Shown here: positions 1 to 12,514 of the stretch, piece after piece
Layout of the letters: each line of letters opens with the position of its first letter
Numbering within the stretch: the first letter of the stretch is position 1
Origin: Calcarisporiella thermophila CBS 279.70
Lineage: Eukaryota > Fungi > Calcarisporiellomycota
Reading direction: 5' to 3'
Length of the DNA stretch: 64,000 nucleotides
Assembly (NCBI RefSeq): GCF_041956535.1
Contig: NW_027192222.1
Coordinates: 1 to 64,000 of the forward strand
The notes under the pieces: generated by a model
What the model saw: only the letters and a program-made list of their open reading frames with translations
Told to the model about the DNA's origin: nothing
The model's database searches: none
Translations under genes and position numbers: made by a program

Positions 1-1519
1 CCTAACCTAAGAATCCCGAACCGCCTCCATCTTTTCTACGTGCTCCTATACGTTTTCTAGCAGCTTTCACCAGGCGGGTTTTTTGTAGGGTCTACGATTC
101 GTTTTATAATTTTTTTTCTCAAAATATGCCATACTTCCTATTTATTTATTGATCATCATTTTGCAAGAGCATGTTATAGTATATCGCTTTTGATCTATAC
201 GATTGATCATGTATATCATCTAGTTTTTTCATTATTTCAGTGTCATTGGATTTATTCATAATAATACTACAGTAGACTACAATACAATAACTAACATTTG
301 CTATTTTCCGATGTCTGCGCTCGGACTTTACACATTACGAACTTACTGTATTTTTCATTTATTAATCACTAGTATCTCCCGAACTCTACTTGCGTTTATT
401 ACAATATCCATATAATCTCAAAAACAGTTGAATCTCTTCTTAGATTAATAATTTACGATGCTATGCTATTATCAAGTATTTTATGTTTTACTATAAAATA
501 ATGAGTATTTGGAACAATTTAGGCCGTCGTCTTGCAGTCCACTGTATTTTCACTAAAGTTGCCCTAATCCAAAATAGAGTAGAATAGAAATACAGCATAT
601 TTACACCAATATGTTAGGACCTCCCGTACTACAGTATATGGAATTGATTACGTTAACAACATTTGTAGACAGTTATGAAACAGTTGAAAAGTGCAAAAAA
701 ATAATACTTCTCTCTTTCGCAGGCTCTGGATTCAATTGTTGGTGCATTATCCGTTACATGCACTGTCAATCACAACATAATAAACTTGGATTCCTCTACT
801 ACATATCCCACGATTTTCTGATGAATTGGATTGCTGTGCTATAGCATATGCGGTACAATACCAAAATATTACACATGATAAACAAATTTTAAACTTTAGG
901 CTCCTTCCTGAAATTAATGGGTCGTCAAAATACAATACATTACAAGTGAATTGAGTGGAAATGGTTAGGAAATTATTTATTTTGTATTGAACATAACCTC
1001 AAAAGTTGTGTTGCATAACTTACAATAATAATAAATTATTCTAGAGCTGCGGAGATTCAAAATTATGGTTACACAATATTAGGGTTAGATTTCGTCTCTT
1101 GATATAAAATAATAAGTTTTAAATTCGTAGGAAATTAGATAGATTTTAATGTATTGGACTGAGCGGTTATAGCAAGGAAGCAATTTAGTAGTATAATAAC
1201 TAAGATAATTCTCCCATGCTTTGTTACACTTATATTACAAGTAAATGAGATCCAAACAACACTATTAACTTAGTTTGCATATGGCACTCAAAGTGGGACA
1301 ACAATAATATTCTTATTAGAATAAAAGTTCTAGTTGAAATATAAAGTTTTTTCAAGCGAAATAAAAATCAGAAATAAACAAGATGATTTTTTCAAAGTGC
1401 AGAAATCCTTTCAAATAAGCACTGCTTCAATTAGCACTTGAAGCAAGGGTAGTTGTATATTGTTATGGGTGGTAGTATAATGTAACTAAGAATACAATAT
1501 TAATTGAAAAATTCGAAAA

Positions 1520-4025
1520 ATGCAATTTGCAATATCAAGCAGCGAATTAGCGTTAAATATAGCGTCCATCGTTTGCGGATTGCTTATTATGATATTAGTT
1601 GCTTGGCTTCGATACACCCAACCTCAAGTTACCAGGAGCATGTCGTTTAGACTCAGTTTTTGGATTGGTCTTGCCGACACTCTTTACCGTAGTTTTTATA
1701 TCTTGGGTGCAGCGTTCGATTTCCTTGATGTAGTTTTACCTAATCACATCTGGTTGTGTCGTATTATCTTCTGGTCTTATACATTTTTCCCTATGTGGTT
1801 TTCTCTGCTCACAGTCAGCATCGCATGTGATCTTCAACTCTCCGCATTCCACAAGCACATCAATATTGCTCGATTTCAGAAGTGGTATCTTCCTCTGTCT
1901 ACTATTATACCATTCGGTTTATCAACACCACAGTTATTCTATGGCAATGCATGGTGGAATGTAACTAGGGTATGCACAAACTCTCTTTTTGCTTCTTGAT
2001 CTACTTGGGGCAAACTATCAAAAATTCTTATTATACCTTATAATTTGCTGTATTATAGAAATACATCAGTACTGACTGGTCTCATAATTTCGAAGTGGCC
2101 ATGCTGGTGTTATTCAACCTGGTCGTGTTCAGCGGCATTCTCTATTCTTTCATTGTGATATTTATCTGCACAATCATGGTATTTCGTATAATTCTGAACT
2201 CAAAGGGAAAAAGAATCCAGCGTGCTGATCAAAATCAAAGCAGAGATCAACTAGTGATGATATCTATAATTAGACTACTTGGTTATCCACTCGTGCTAAT
2301 CTTAACCATGCCGCCTGAATGCATTATGGGTATCATATATATTTCTCAATTTCGTCGTACGCCTTTTGGTGAATCAACAGCAAGAGCAAAAGCCAGCTTG
2401 ACTGGAATGCAAGGAATTTTCAATTTCATTATCTTTCTATTTAATCCTACCTTCTCGGCTGCTCTTCGTGAATTTTCTTTCTTTAACTGGGGAAGGTCGC
2501 ATCATCAATCGCGTAGTATCTCAAATGCATCCACTAATTTGCATGGAGCCCTCACACTTCTCCATCAGGAGCTGGGAGTAAGAAAGAAATCCTTTGGTTC
2601 AATGAAACAACAAACAGAAGAGGTGCCTTTAACTATCATGTGGAGAATCAGATTTTTAAATCATTTCAATCAGCAGTGCAACAAAAAGTCACCAATATCA
2701 GAAACAAGTTCTCAGTGGCAGAAAAATGACACAATTTCAGAGAGTTGCCGTCAATATCAAACAGTATTCTCACCAACCGATGTACCAGATCAACAGAATA
2801 GCGTTGATGGAAACAAGTGGATATTGGGGAGACAGTTTTGGGATAGTAAAGGTGCAGTAAGTCAATCGCTAATTAGTGTAGGAAAATGATGATAACATGA
2901 TATTATGACAGGGACACATTACATTTTGCCAAATGATGAAAAAGAGATGGATCGGTTGATAAATCAACACTATTTTCTCCAGTAATTTAATCTAAGCTAA
3001 TGCTACAAAAATACACACTTACGCTATTCTTCTGGTTTTTAGACACCTTTTTTCCAATTGCAATTTCCTTTCTCCGGTGCAATCTATTTTAAGTAGCGGA
3101 ACCACGGTGTTGGATATTGGGTGAGTATTTCTGCTAAGCACAATTTTAATCCAATTTTCAATATCCCCTACTGCTTGCGCTCATTAGCTGCGGACCAGGA
3201 ACGTGGATCATGGAAATGGCAGTGGAATATCCTAGAACCAAATTCTATGGCATTGATATGTTTAAAATGTTTCCGTCGCATATTGTCCCAGCGAACTGCT
3301 ATTTTCAAACTGCAAATGCTCTCGAGGCGTTGCCATATTCGGATCAGAGTTTTGGATTCGTGTTCATTCGAGATTTGGGCCTAGCAGTATATCAGAAAGA
3401 ATGGCCAAGTTTGATTACGGAAGTCCTGAGAGTCTTAAAACCTGGAGGTTACTTGGAGTTAGTTGAAACTGGTAGGAGTTATTTGATATTTTAAATTAAG
3501 TATTTCGATGAAATAGCACTAAATCAACATTGCAGATTATTTTGTTCAGGGTGAAGGAGAAGCATTTGGAAAGATTTCCAACGGATGTTAGTGCTAGACG
3601 TTTTTATTACATTCGTGTCTAAAATAATTGGAGCTCTTTTTTGTTTCATTTTAGTGTACAATGCCTTACGTGCACGCGATATCCATCCTTCTTGGACACA
3701 AAAGATTGGCGATTATCTAAACACTATGCATATGGAGGACGTCAATTCATTTCCCCAGTCCTTTCCAGTAGGTAAATTAGCTGGAAAAATAGAGAAACTT
3801 GGACTTGATACCTGGATGCAATTCTTAATTGCATTGCGGCCACATCTAGCTCAAGTGATGTATATTAGCGGTGAAGAATATGACGAGTTATTAAGAGGTG
3901 TGTATCAAGAATTACTTGAGAATGGCGTTCATATCAAAGTAATATGCACATACGGGAGAAAGCCACCACAGATTGGGCATGAGATGGAGAATGTAGATTG
4001 TATAAAGTTGTGTTCAGATAAGTAG
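1520..4025 (+). CDS. 7TM (GPCR-like) receptor fused to a LaeA-like class I SAM-dependent methyltransferase; manual model join(1520..1969,2059..2851,2912..2981,3043..3120,3188..3471,3536..3586,3655..4025), 698 aa
   Basis: Seven hydrophobic segments with SFRLSFWIGL, RLLGYP and GIFNFIIFLFNP motifs. GT..AG introns join in compatible phase to GRQFWDSKGTHYILPNDEKEMDRLINQHYFL, VLDIGCGPGTWIMEMA (SAM motif I), LPYSDQSF and RVLKPGGYLELVE. Exon lengths sum to 2097 nt (699 codons). Confidence 0.75.
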
Positions 4026-4792
4026 AATAAAGAGATACATAATTTATTCCTGACAGTAATTTAAAGCTAAGGCATATTTCTAATTTTCACTCTTGTTGAC
4101 TATATTCCATTAATATTAAGAGGCATGTACATTACATTTGTATAGCTTAATGGATCACTAATAATAAGATACGGTACTATTGAATTTAAACCAATAAAGT
4201 GGTGTATAGGCAATTAGTATAGAGTACAATTGTTGGATCTTATTAAGAGTATATTAATAAAAGGAAAGAAGACAGATAGAAGGGATAACACAAATAACAC
4301 ACACTACAAAAGAATTCAAAAGAGAGAAAGCACATCTTATATATATGATAGAATAGGAGATGATGACTAATAATGATGATAAGATACTTGCTTATACATA
4401 TTCGTATAAGTTTGAAATAACCGTCGTAACACAACAACTATTCAGCCTTAGATCATGCCTGGTCGTTCTCCAACAACTATTATAATGAATGAATTTTTAG
4501 ATCAATTACGACATTATCCCGTAATATTAAAGTACTACGACAATAGCGGAATATCACTTAGGTTCCGACATTTCAAAAATCCCCGTGATTCATAACTTTT
4601 GTTATCTGATGTATGAATTTGAATATTTTTACTTGAATCATGCCATAAGTATTTAAAATATTATTTATTACTTATTCCTAGTTATTCAACAGGTTACTAT
4701 CCAAATATACGGTTATATATAGCCCTTTACACCTGCTTTGATAAATAAGGCACTCCCTTTAAATAAGTTTTTTGAGGAAATAAAATATTTTC

Positions 4793-5860
4793 TTAACATT
4801 TTCTCCATCGCAGATGGTAGATTTGCTGAATCTTGCCATCGATGGTATCAGTGGTAAGCAAACCAGTAGCTTTGATTAAAAGCAGACATAGGTAGGCATT
4901 AGTTTAATATTATATATACATAGGATAAATTTTATCCATAGATTTTAGCTTACCAGTCTTTGAAGCGCTTGAATCGGCAGTAATGCGTATATTTGTGTTA
5001 ATATTGACATTACGCGTTGCATTGCATGATGACCAAACAGTAGATTCGAATGGAATTTTGTCCTCAATTAAATAGTTTTTATCATAGGGTCCGTTGAATC
5101 CACTTCGAACTGTATACTGGGGAGCAGAGCCTAGTTGACGGTGAAAATTTGAGTTCGCATATTTTATCTCCAACACTAAACTTATCCAACAACCCATATT
5201 GGTAGACAAATTCTTACCAGAGAAATAATAAGTGCTTGACTGTGCGCCATGCACACCACGATCCATACGTGCGTATCCACGATATATTGCAGATGCTGAA
5301 ATATGCAGGAATTGTATACAATTGCGCTCTTTTAGTCAACCAAATGATGTTATAAATGTGTGCGAAATATAACCCACCAACAGAATATTGCCAGCCTTGA
5401 GGGACGTGAAGATCGATCGAGAGCTGGCAGAACTTTCGATTTTCCACAGGCTTAATATTAGGGCCATACTGAGCTATATACTTGTTGAAGATAAGGGTGA
5501 AGACGGTTGCGTCACCTATATGAGCATTGACGTCAATAACCAAAGGTTAAAACTGATATCTTGTAGAAAGAGCGTATAAATATTTCAAAAGGAATGCATA
5601 CGAGACAAAATCTCGGTAACACTCTTGGCAGGACAACCATCTCCGTTGTATTTAATATCTGTTGTTGAACAATGAAACGTTATTTTATATAAATCAAATT
5701 TATTCTGAAAATATTTCTGGAAATGTCTAGTATCGTTACCTCGGACATAGACCTTATTTGGATCAGGATTATCGCGTTCTTGACGTTTAACGCTGCCTAA
5801 AGCAAAAATAGAAAAGATAGCGAAGTATGCAATGGTCGTAATAAGAGAGAATTTCAACAT
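4793..5860 (-). CDS. Secreted DUF4360-family protein (multi-exon)
   Basis: Signal peptide MLKFSLITTIAYFAIFSIFALG, then YNGDGCP, ENRKFCQLSIDLHVPQGWQYSV, DYRGYA, VWSSC and a terminal YHLRWRKC*, typical of DUF4360. Confidence 0.85.
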
Positions 5861-8800
5861 GGCTCTTAAGTTGAGGATGTAAAAAGTTAGAATGAAGAGG
5901 AAAATTTTGCTTGAAGATTTTCAATTTATATAGCAAAAAATAATGGCTGATTTATGCTTTTCAGTTAATCTCGTGCTTTTAATTATGCCTTTCCCTGTAG
6001 TGGCTTCAGTCATTAAAAGAATCACCTAATGTATGATCACAGATCAATTGGATGGGAGCCATTTTCTATTGGAAGCTTCTATTTGCGTTTTATTATCGAA
6101 CCAATTTTATTTGCATTATGTTAGATATATCTTTAACCTCGCTTAGGTAAGTTTGAGAAAAAGAATTACAGTCAATTTAATGAAATCTTCATATTTCTAG
6201 ATTCTTGCCTTATTCAGCTTTCACAAGATTCTTCTCTTTGAAAATTCTTGTTTTAACATAATTTGCTTTAAAAAAAAATATAATTCAATCTTGATTACGG
6301 AAGGAATATCGCATGCTTTATCATGGTTTGAAACTTCTAGCACCACCCGCCACCAGATTAAATGATCTCTTCATTTAATTATATTGGAATATTAAACTAA
6401 GATTTTGTTCGTACACCTGTGGCGGTTATATTGTTTGAAGAGAATTAAGTTAATTTTACTAATGAGATTCTTGAATTACAGTTATTTTCTCACTCAAACC
6501 CGGTCACTTCAATATGCAATTTTCGTGGGAACCGAGGGCTGAACCTCTAAGTGGCTACCAATTGAATCAAGTTCTCTCTGAAAAAGGATTGTATAAGCCA
6601 AAAAAAATTATGCTTAAGATAACTTGAATAGAATGTATGAAATGTAGTGATCTTACTACATAAAATATTTTTGGTAATGATTTAAACATAATACGCTAAC
6701 ATACAGTACTTGATCCAACATGATTTTAGATAATAATTTGGGAGAAAACAGAATGATATTGCAATAAATTGCTATTAAATTAATTATCCCGCATCAATAA
6801 CAATTTGTATAAACATATGTTACTAATTTTACCTCAAGCTTTACACTTCATATTCTCTAATATAATAGCAAAACCAAATTCCCATTCTTTTGTATCTAAG
6901 TAAGAATACCATCTCAAAGAGAGATGGTGTAATAAACCAAAGCAATTTAGTGAATGTTATTCATACAATCCTATGATAAGTGTTTATTTCGTTGTAATAA
7001 AAATGTCATTGATGCTGTATGAAATTCAGTATGAGTAGTGGATTTAGGGTGTTAACCCAATATCTGCAAGTTGAAAAGTTTTTTACAGTAGTATCTATTT
7101 ATATAAAACTTGGTCTTTCTTAGCAAATCTGTTTGGGTTTCGTGCGAAAAAATTTATGAATTCACTTTATGATATATAAACTTCCTAACCAAACTTGCTT
7201 TGTTTATAGTCCAAAGAAATTAATATGATTTATTATTAGATAGGTCGAAATTCACCAAACACGCTAAATGATATCGTGTTTAACAAATAGTAAAAACGTG
7301 GAGAATGCGCTACATCAAGTATAGTCGAATATATTTTTTTAGCATCAAAATTGAATTGACCAAGCGCTATAAACTCGATTACCCACGCAGGTGAAATGAT
7401 CAAGATAACAGTTAAATGTAAAAGATTCCGAATCACTGACACTATAGCATGTTTAAGCTGTTCTATATCAATCTATGAATCAAGTACGGTCTTTAGAGCA
7501 CAATAATATGTCAACAACGTAACGATAAGGTAGTATTATACACTTGATTTAATAATAATGCACAATATGACCATGATCAATTCAAATTGAAATCGTTGAT
7601 ATAATGTATACAATGTAATATTATATGTATATTTTAGCGCATTTAAAAGTCTTTTTTGATTTGATGGTAAACTTATCCACAATAGGTAAGTTTTCGATAG
7701 GGATTACTCCTTTTTATTTGAGTGTGTATTTTTTGATGCAACACATTGACTAGCACTGTCCAGCACTAAATTTGCAATGTATGCTCAATTGCCTTAGGCT
7801 GGATCAAGCTAAATGAAAAGCATCTCATAAGTCACCAAATACTCCAGGAATTACAATTTGAATTGATGATTACATCTCCATGAAAATAACGATATATTGC
7901 AATTTTCGATAATATAAATATAATGTATAACATATTGTTTCTATATTATTGTAACACAGATTTAACAATAATTTTTTAACGAGCAAGCGATGAAAAGGTA
8001 TTGGAATTGGTTTTGAAATTCTCTTATATGTTTAATCCATACATTTTTTTCCTTCATAAGAGAAGGCATTCACTATATACTTAATATCCTAGTAGAATAT
8101 TTGTATTAAACAACAATGATATTAGAACCAGTATAGTAGGCTTCTTAATCAACGTTGTACCCTGCTAGATTCACCTTTGTCTATATATTTTTCATTGCGA
8201 TGCACATACTATACTCTAATAACACGTTAAGAATTATCTTCCCACTATATACGAACTTGCTGATATCATTACTCTTAGCAAAATATCCATAGATATCCTC
8301 TCCCAATTGCAACTATCGCAATTTATGCAAAGGCTTTTATGTTCTAGATTGCAACTTTGTTTTTTTTACAAAGGAAACTAAAATTTAAACCAGCCAATAT
8401 AGTCCCATGACTCGAATATAGCAGTTCTCTTTGGAAAGCAACCAATATCTACACAAAACCTCACATAAATTCTCTCATTCTGGTTACACATGTATATGAT
8501 GCAATAGAGTTTCCTGTGTGTAACATTTTAAGAAAAATATTAATTGGAGGTTGCTTTTCCTGTGTTCGAATTGCTCTTTTCAAATTGTACACAATAGGAA
8601 AATTTAAAATTCGTTTCCCAAGCAAAATATCAACACTTATACTAAAACTATAGAATCAAAATTTGCCAAGTTATAAATAAGCTTGACCAGTTTCCATTGA
8701 ATTCGAAACACTTTACAAAACCACGAACCCCCTTTCATATAATTATTGATTGATTTTTATTTTTATTATTTTTGTAAGTTGAGACCTTGCGTCTAAACAT

Positions 8801-8924
8801 GCTGTAGCTTTCTCAAGTTGTATTTTCTACTGTTATCAAAACATTTTTTTAATGCTACTCATTCAGCCTTTATAATATATAATTCACCTCTTCCTCCGCA
8901 CATTCAAACCATTTTCAAGTAAAC

Positions 8925-10037
8925 ATGCTTCTGTCGCTTGCACATCTCATCCTATGCATTATTTCGGCATGTTGCGATTTGGTTATAATGGCCATTGTAT
9001 TGTGGAGCCGTATTTCCCAACCATGCAAAGCCAGTATACTTTCATTCAGATTATCATTCTGGATCGGTCTTGCCAACATGTTTTGGTGCATCCAGTATAT
9101 TATACTGAGATCAGATGAAATCGTTCACTCACTTGAGGGTCAACTTGAATGGTTTATTAGAGTCATGGCTTTTGCACAGACACTTTTTCCCGTGTGGATA
9201 GCCATGTTAATATTCTGCATTGTATTTGATGTACACCTGACTGTTATTCACGAATTCCACAATATGAGTCGATACTACCGTTGGTACGCTCTGACTACCT
9301 TTTTATTCGCTTTCATATTCAACATACCTAACGCCATCGTAATCCATCCCGAGTTAATCCACTGGGATTCGGCGCATGGTTGGCCTATCCAAGTTCCAGC
9401 AATTCAATACATTTTCACCGTGACCATATGGATAGGGGGCTCCATCTTGTATTCAGTTGCTGTGATTTTATTGACCCTTCACAGAATGTCGACTAGTATT
9501 AACCGCTTGAAGAAGTTGGATGAGATAAATGAGGCAAAGCGCCTCAAAGAAAAGCGACTCTTCAACACTCTTCTTCGCATTCTCCTGTACCCAGTGGTAT
9601 TTATAGTGACCCAGACCTCCGGACTTGTTGCTATGTTGACTCAGATTGTTACCCGGGACGCGCATTCCTCGACTTTGTATGTGCTTTTCAACATTGATGC
9701 TACACTGCTTGGATTGAGTGGGGTGCTTAATCTGATGGCATTTTTAATCAATCCAAGTACCTTTCGATTCCTTAGTGGAATTCCATGGTTGGCCAATTAT
9801 TTTCCCTTCAAGAAGAAACCAGAAAATTCACCTTACGTTTTTGGTAAACCTGAACAGCGGCGCCCGGTGCTCCCAGTTGAGGACGAGATCTCTTTCGATA
9901 TTACACAAAAGGTGCGTCAGATATTGTACCAGGAAGATCCAGATTACATCGACACGCCAACTGCTTCCATCAAAGGAGTTGGTTCTTCTTCCCAAACATC
10001 CCAAAGAGAAGACCCATTTTTTCAACCCTTTCATTAG
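8925..10037 (+). CDS. 7TM GPCR-like protein, intronless paralogue 2
   Basis: 370-aa ORF with seven hydrophobic segments and the motifs SFRLSFWIGL, RILLYP and GVLNLMAFLINP shared with the other two copies. Confidence 0.85.
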   Translation: MLLSLAHLILCIISACCDLVIMAIVLWSRISQPCKASILSFRLSFWIGLANMFWCIQYIILRSDEIVHSLEGQLEWFIRVMAFAQTLFPVWIAMLIFCIVFDVHLTVIHEFHNMSRYYRWYALTTFLFAFIFNIPNAIVIHPELIHWDSAHGWPIQVPAIQYIFTVTIWIGGSILYSVAVILLTLHRMSTSINRLKKLDEINEAKRLKEKRLFNTLLRILLYPVVFIVTQTSGLVAMLTQIVTRDAHSSTLYVLFNIDATLLGLSGVLNLMAFLINPSTFRFLSGIPWLANYFPFKKKPENSPYVFGKPEQRRPVLPVEDEISFDITQKVRQILYQEDPDYIDTPTASIKGVGSSSQTSQREDPFFQPFH

Positions 10038-10999
10038 ATCAGTATTTTGTTTTTTTAGTGTATATTAGCGATTTACTCTAATTCAATTTTTTTTTCTCAT
10101 GCACATAAATCTGGGTTGTTCCACTGTAATACTCTTTTTGTCTCACAATGCAAATGATGCGTAGACTTAGAATTCCTTCCAGTTTATGTTTAAGTGTTGG
10201 TACCTAAATAATTTGGTTCTCACTAATAAGTCCTCCACCAGAAGATTGAGTTTACATCAGCTTTTGTATTCAAATTTTATTTATGCATTGCGTTTACGTG
10301 ACTCCTCGGTACACTCTGTAGTCCAGAATGGAACATGACCTCGTCATCTATACAAGAAAGAAGATTTAGCATGTATGTTAGAGTCGAGAAAAATGGTTCG
10401 TCCTTAGCAACAGCACTACAAATGTTTTACAATCATCGATTTTACCCAGGCTGGCTTACTCTGGGCGCAGCGTCTATTTATTTCGGGATTGTTTTTTAAG
10501 ATTTTATATTAAACCATCAGTGTTTATTTTTTGAAGAAACTCCAGAATACACTATAGAGTTACACTCACTCAAAAGAACCAAATTCTTGGAGCACAATTT
10601 TATTCTCTTTATTCATTTTTGCGAAACTTTGAATATACTGATCGAATCATTTAGCTACGAGAGAGGAAACCATTCTCATACTGAAATCAATGATCGCAAT
10701 GAAGGAATCAGTACAGAATCCGAAGAGGATTTCAACCCCACCAATTGTGGTAGCATTCCGGTGCGTCACACCAGTTGCAGGAGTTCCTTGAATCGAGGTC
10801 GTAGCTTCCGTGCATAAACCTCCGATTCTGATATATTGTCAGTCGGTGATTGTGAAACGGATCTGCTGCATCGGGCATCTGCAAGCCACGACAGGATTTA
10901 ACTTGTCCCTTGTGGGCGTTAATATGCTCAAAGAGGACTTGCTTATTCAACAAAAACCATCCTCATTCCATTTTGCTCGATCCTCTCTCCCACAATCCA

Positions 11000-12514
11000 A
11001 TGTTATTCGATAGTATCTTATTGATGTATAACACTGCATATGGTAATGTTGCAGTTTGCTTGGCCACTGCAATGGCCATTCAAGTGGCATGTTATTGTGC
11101 GTCAGTTATCCCTAGAACAGAAAAGGTGAGCTCGAAGAATTTATATATTTCTCTGGTGCTAGAAAATGAAACAGCATTCGCTCCGAAATATGTGTTAGCT
11201 ATTGATTTAAATGCGAATCACTGAAAACCACTTAATCTATTTAAATACCATGTTTAGTTTTACGACGCTTCGGGAAGCGCTACTTTTCTCGTTGTCATTT
11301 TAGCTTCTCTTTTACACGAGTCGTGGTTCTCATACTTGAAGACGAATGAGATTTTGTTTCCAGAGTTTGCCTCATTCCATCCGAGACAGCTTTTGGCTTC
11401 TACAATGATAGCTGTGTGGACTCTTCGTCTTGGCACATTCTTGTAAGTCCAAATGACATGCTTTTCGACGACCAATATTTGCACACTTAAAAATTCGTTT
11501 CATTCACCAAAAGTCAACTAACCTCTTCATTTCTACTTATTACTCCTTTATTTTGGGGGACTCCAATAGGTTATATCGTATATTCAAGGAAGGAAAAGAT
11601 TCCCGCTTTGATGAATTGAAGAAAAATGCGTTTATGTTCTTCATCCCATGGAGTATCCAGGCTCTCTGGGTCATATTCCTTTCTCTGCCCGTCATTTTTG
11701 TGAATTCGGCTCCTGCTCATTTGCATCCCTCATTGAACTTGTTGGATTTGACTGGCTTCGCCATTTGGGCATTTGGATTCATATTCGAGTCTGTAGCTGA
11801 TTTTCAAAAGCTATCCTGGCGTCATGAAAGGCCTGAGCATCGAGAAAAATTCATTCAACACGGCCTCTGGAGGTAGGATGCAAGTCAAATTTTAGGGAAC
11901 CACGGCTTGGGATGATAACTGACTACTCACTTGTCGTTTCTGTTTTACTTAATCTAGCGTCTCTCGTCATCCCAACTATTTTGGCGAAATAGTTTTATGG
12001 TATCTATTTCGTATATAATTTTTGGAAATCAGTCTATACTAGCCACTGCCCACTTCAGAGCGGTCATTTGTAATAACTAAGACATTTGATTTATTTTAGG
12101 TGGGGGGTATGGATACTATGCTGGAATTCACTTGCTCAGATGACAAAGCAACATTTCATCCCTGAATGGGCGGCCCAGAGCACGCTAATTTCGGTATCCC
12201 ATCCTCATATCCTTCATCTCTGCGGTCTATTTTGGCTAACTCTCAATTCATTTTTCTTCCCAATTGCTCTTATGTAGCCAATATTCGACGCCTTTCTTCT
12301 ACTTTTTGTAAGTGGCATTCCACCTCTTGAAGAAAGCAGCAATCGCAAATTCGGCTCGGTAAGTCCATGTTTTAATTTTGGATGCCAAATTTTAGGGTGA
12401 GCAATCAAATGTCTCTAAATATCAAAATCTTGTTGGCAATAGCTCAAGGCTTACCAGGAATATAAACGCAGGACACCCATCCTTATTCCAAAGCTCTGGA
12501 AATCAAGCAATTAA
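11000..12514 (+). CDS. DUF1295 / steroid 5-alpha-reductase-like membrane protein (multi-exon)
   Basis: Spliced motifs EK|FYDASGS, WTLRLGTFL|LYRIFKEGKDSRFDELK, ESVADFQK, GLW|SVSRHPNYFGE, SGIPPLE and YQEYKRRTPILIP. Confidence 0.9.

Noticed and set aside
1-10. cctaacctaa at the window start as a telomeric repeat
   Set aside because: Only two 5-bp units, and similar short runs occur internally (e.g. ~35388); insufficient evidence.
2623-2673. Possible 51-nt in-frame intron in the receptor-MTase linker
   Set aside because: GT..CAG is present but the segment is stop-free and in frame. It cannot be decided without cDNA and does not alter the fusion.
5900-8900. 3-kb AT-rich spacer with a short ORF (7236..7442)
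   Set aside because: No repeats, RNA genes or credible coding signal seen by eye.
10200-10960. Short ORFs and intron-like signals upstream of the DUF1295 gene
   Set aside because: I could not assemble a coherent reading frame or recognise a product.
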